From Squalus acanthias (Eukaryota): a stretch of DNA of 64,000 nt. Below, piece by piece: positions 63,014 through 64,000 of this stretch (positions are counted from its first letter, which is position 1; every line of letters begins with the position of its first letter). The translations under genes were made by a program, and so were the position numbers. The notes beneath the pieces are model-generated. The model saw nothing but the letters and a program-made list of their open reading frames with translations, did not search any database and was not told where the DNA came from. The DNA is taken from contig CM059432.1 of assembly GCA_030390025.1 (NCBI GenBank), positions 27,902,001 to 27,966,000 on the forward strand, read 5' to 3'.

Positions 63014-64000
63014 CAGTCTTTGTGACTATTGTTTTCAAACTTGGAGGTAAACTTTGACCCTTTCACTGGGTTTCCAAAAAGTAAGTCAACACCTTTAGGA
63101 GAGTTTTTGAAGAAGAATGATACTGAGACAAGGGTAGACAGTTCCAACTGAAGAGCTAACACCCGCACAGGTGTGATGGGCCAAATAGTCGGCCCCCCTC
63201 GCAATGCTGCAAGTTCTATGATTCTAAATTTCCCTTTCATTTCAGAAGAACAGGATTCCTTCGCCCCTTCCATCATCAGTTCTACGCACAAAATCTTGAC
63301 TTCTCACAGTTTGTGAAAACCTCATCCCACCCTAACAGTGACTTTTTGACATGAAAATCCTCCAGTTACAAAGACAAATTCCTTCTCCGAAGGCAAACTC
63401 ATGAATAAGAACAAGTTATTTTTGGGAAGCTGCCCAGAATCCTCCATGAGATCCAATCATTTTTTGTTTCTGAGCAGTTTCCATTAATTGACTAAATTTG
63501 TTCAAATGGATAAAACATTAACCATTAACAAGCAACATTAATGAAATTGTCAAAGAGTGATGGATTTATGGGAGATCAACTGTGCTTCAGGAGACAGGGC
63601 AGGTATTCGAATGGCAACTAGCCATCCCTCTGGAATATTTAAAGGGGAAATACAGTATACCGAATTGTCACATAATCCTGGATGACAATATCTAGAAATT
63701 TACTAGAAACAGGATCTTACAGCACTGAAGGAAACCATTCGGCCCATCATGCCTGTGCTGGTGCCTAGTGTCTCTTAGTCATCTTTTGATGCTTGGAAGC
63801 AGCTTGGGGGGCAGACATTTTGAGCTAGATTTTCAAATGACCGCTTTGTGGTTAGCCCTCATTAGCGCTCCGTTGTTGAACTGCTCGCAGTTTTGGAGCA
63901 CTTCACTAATTGGAAGGGGTGGGAAATCGCCTCTTTGAGAGAGAAAAGATAGAGGCAAATTGAAGAGACAAAACAGAGAGAAGGGGGTCACAATAGAGGG

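Noticed and set aside
58607..64000. Further upstream TG exon (expected VFMYH-type motif)
   Set aside because: No matching exon was found by eye; it probably lies beyond the window.

Overview
Vertebrate genomic DNA, almost certainly from a cartilaginous fish: HE1/V-SINE, DeuSINE-type SINEs and shark-type CR1, L2 and Penelope repeats are all present. The only host gene I can support is the 3' end of thyroglobulin (TG) on the minus strand. Its last three coding exons are 58606-58472, 57428-57235 and 50088-49985; they encode the end of the cholinesterase-like domain and a C-terminal tail ending ...KETYK*. A poly(A) signal follows at ~49881. The rest of the window is transposon-dense intronic or downstream DNA, dominated by a PIF/Harbinger DNA-transposon radiation. 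There are two full-length two-gene elements (30437-35736, 40724-47508), each with a transposase and a convergent three-exon Myb/SANT gene. There is also a Myb-only derivative (13691-16582), several deletion derivatives and many GGG-TIR MITEs. The most striking structure is a ~1 kb near-perfect palindromic Penelope-like retroelement insertion (32717-33735, 12-bp TSD). It carries a minimal hammerhead-ribozyme-like motif on each arm and is nested in a Harbinger Myb exon, whose host element itself splits a CR1 LINE. All family assignments come from motif recognition by eye; no database search was run.
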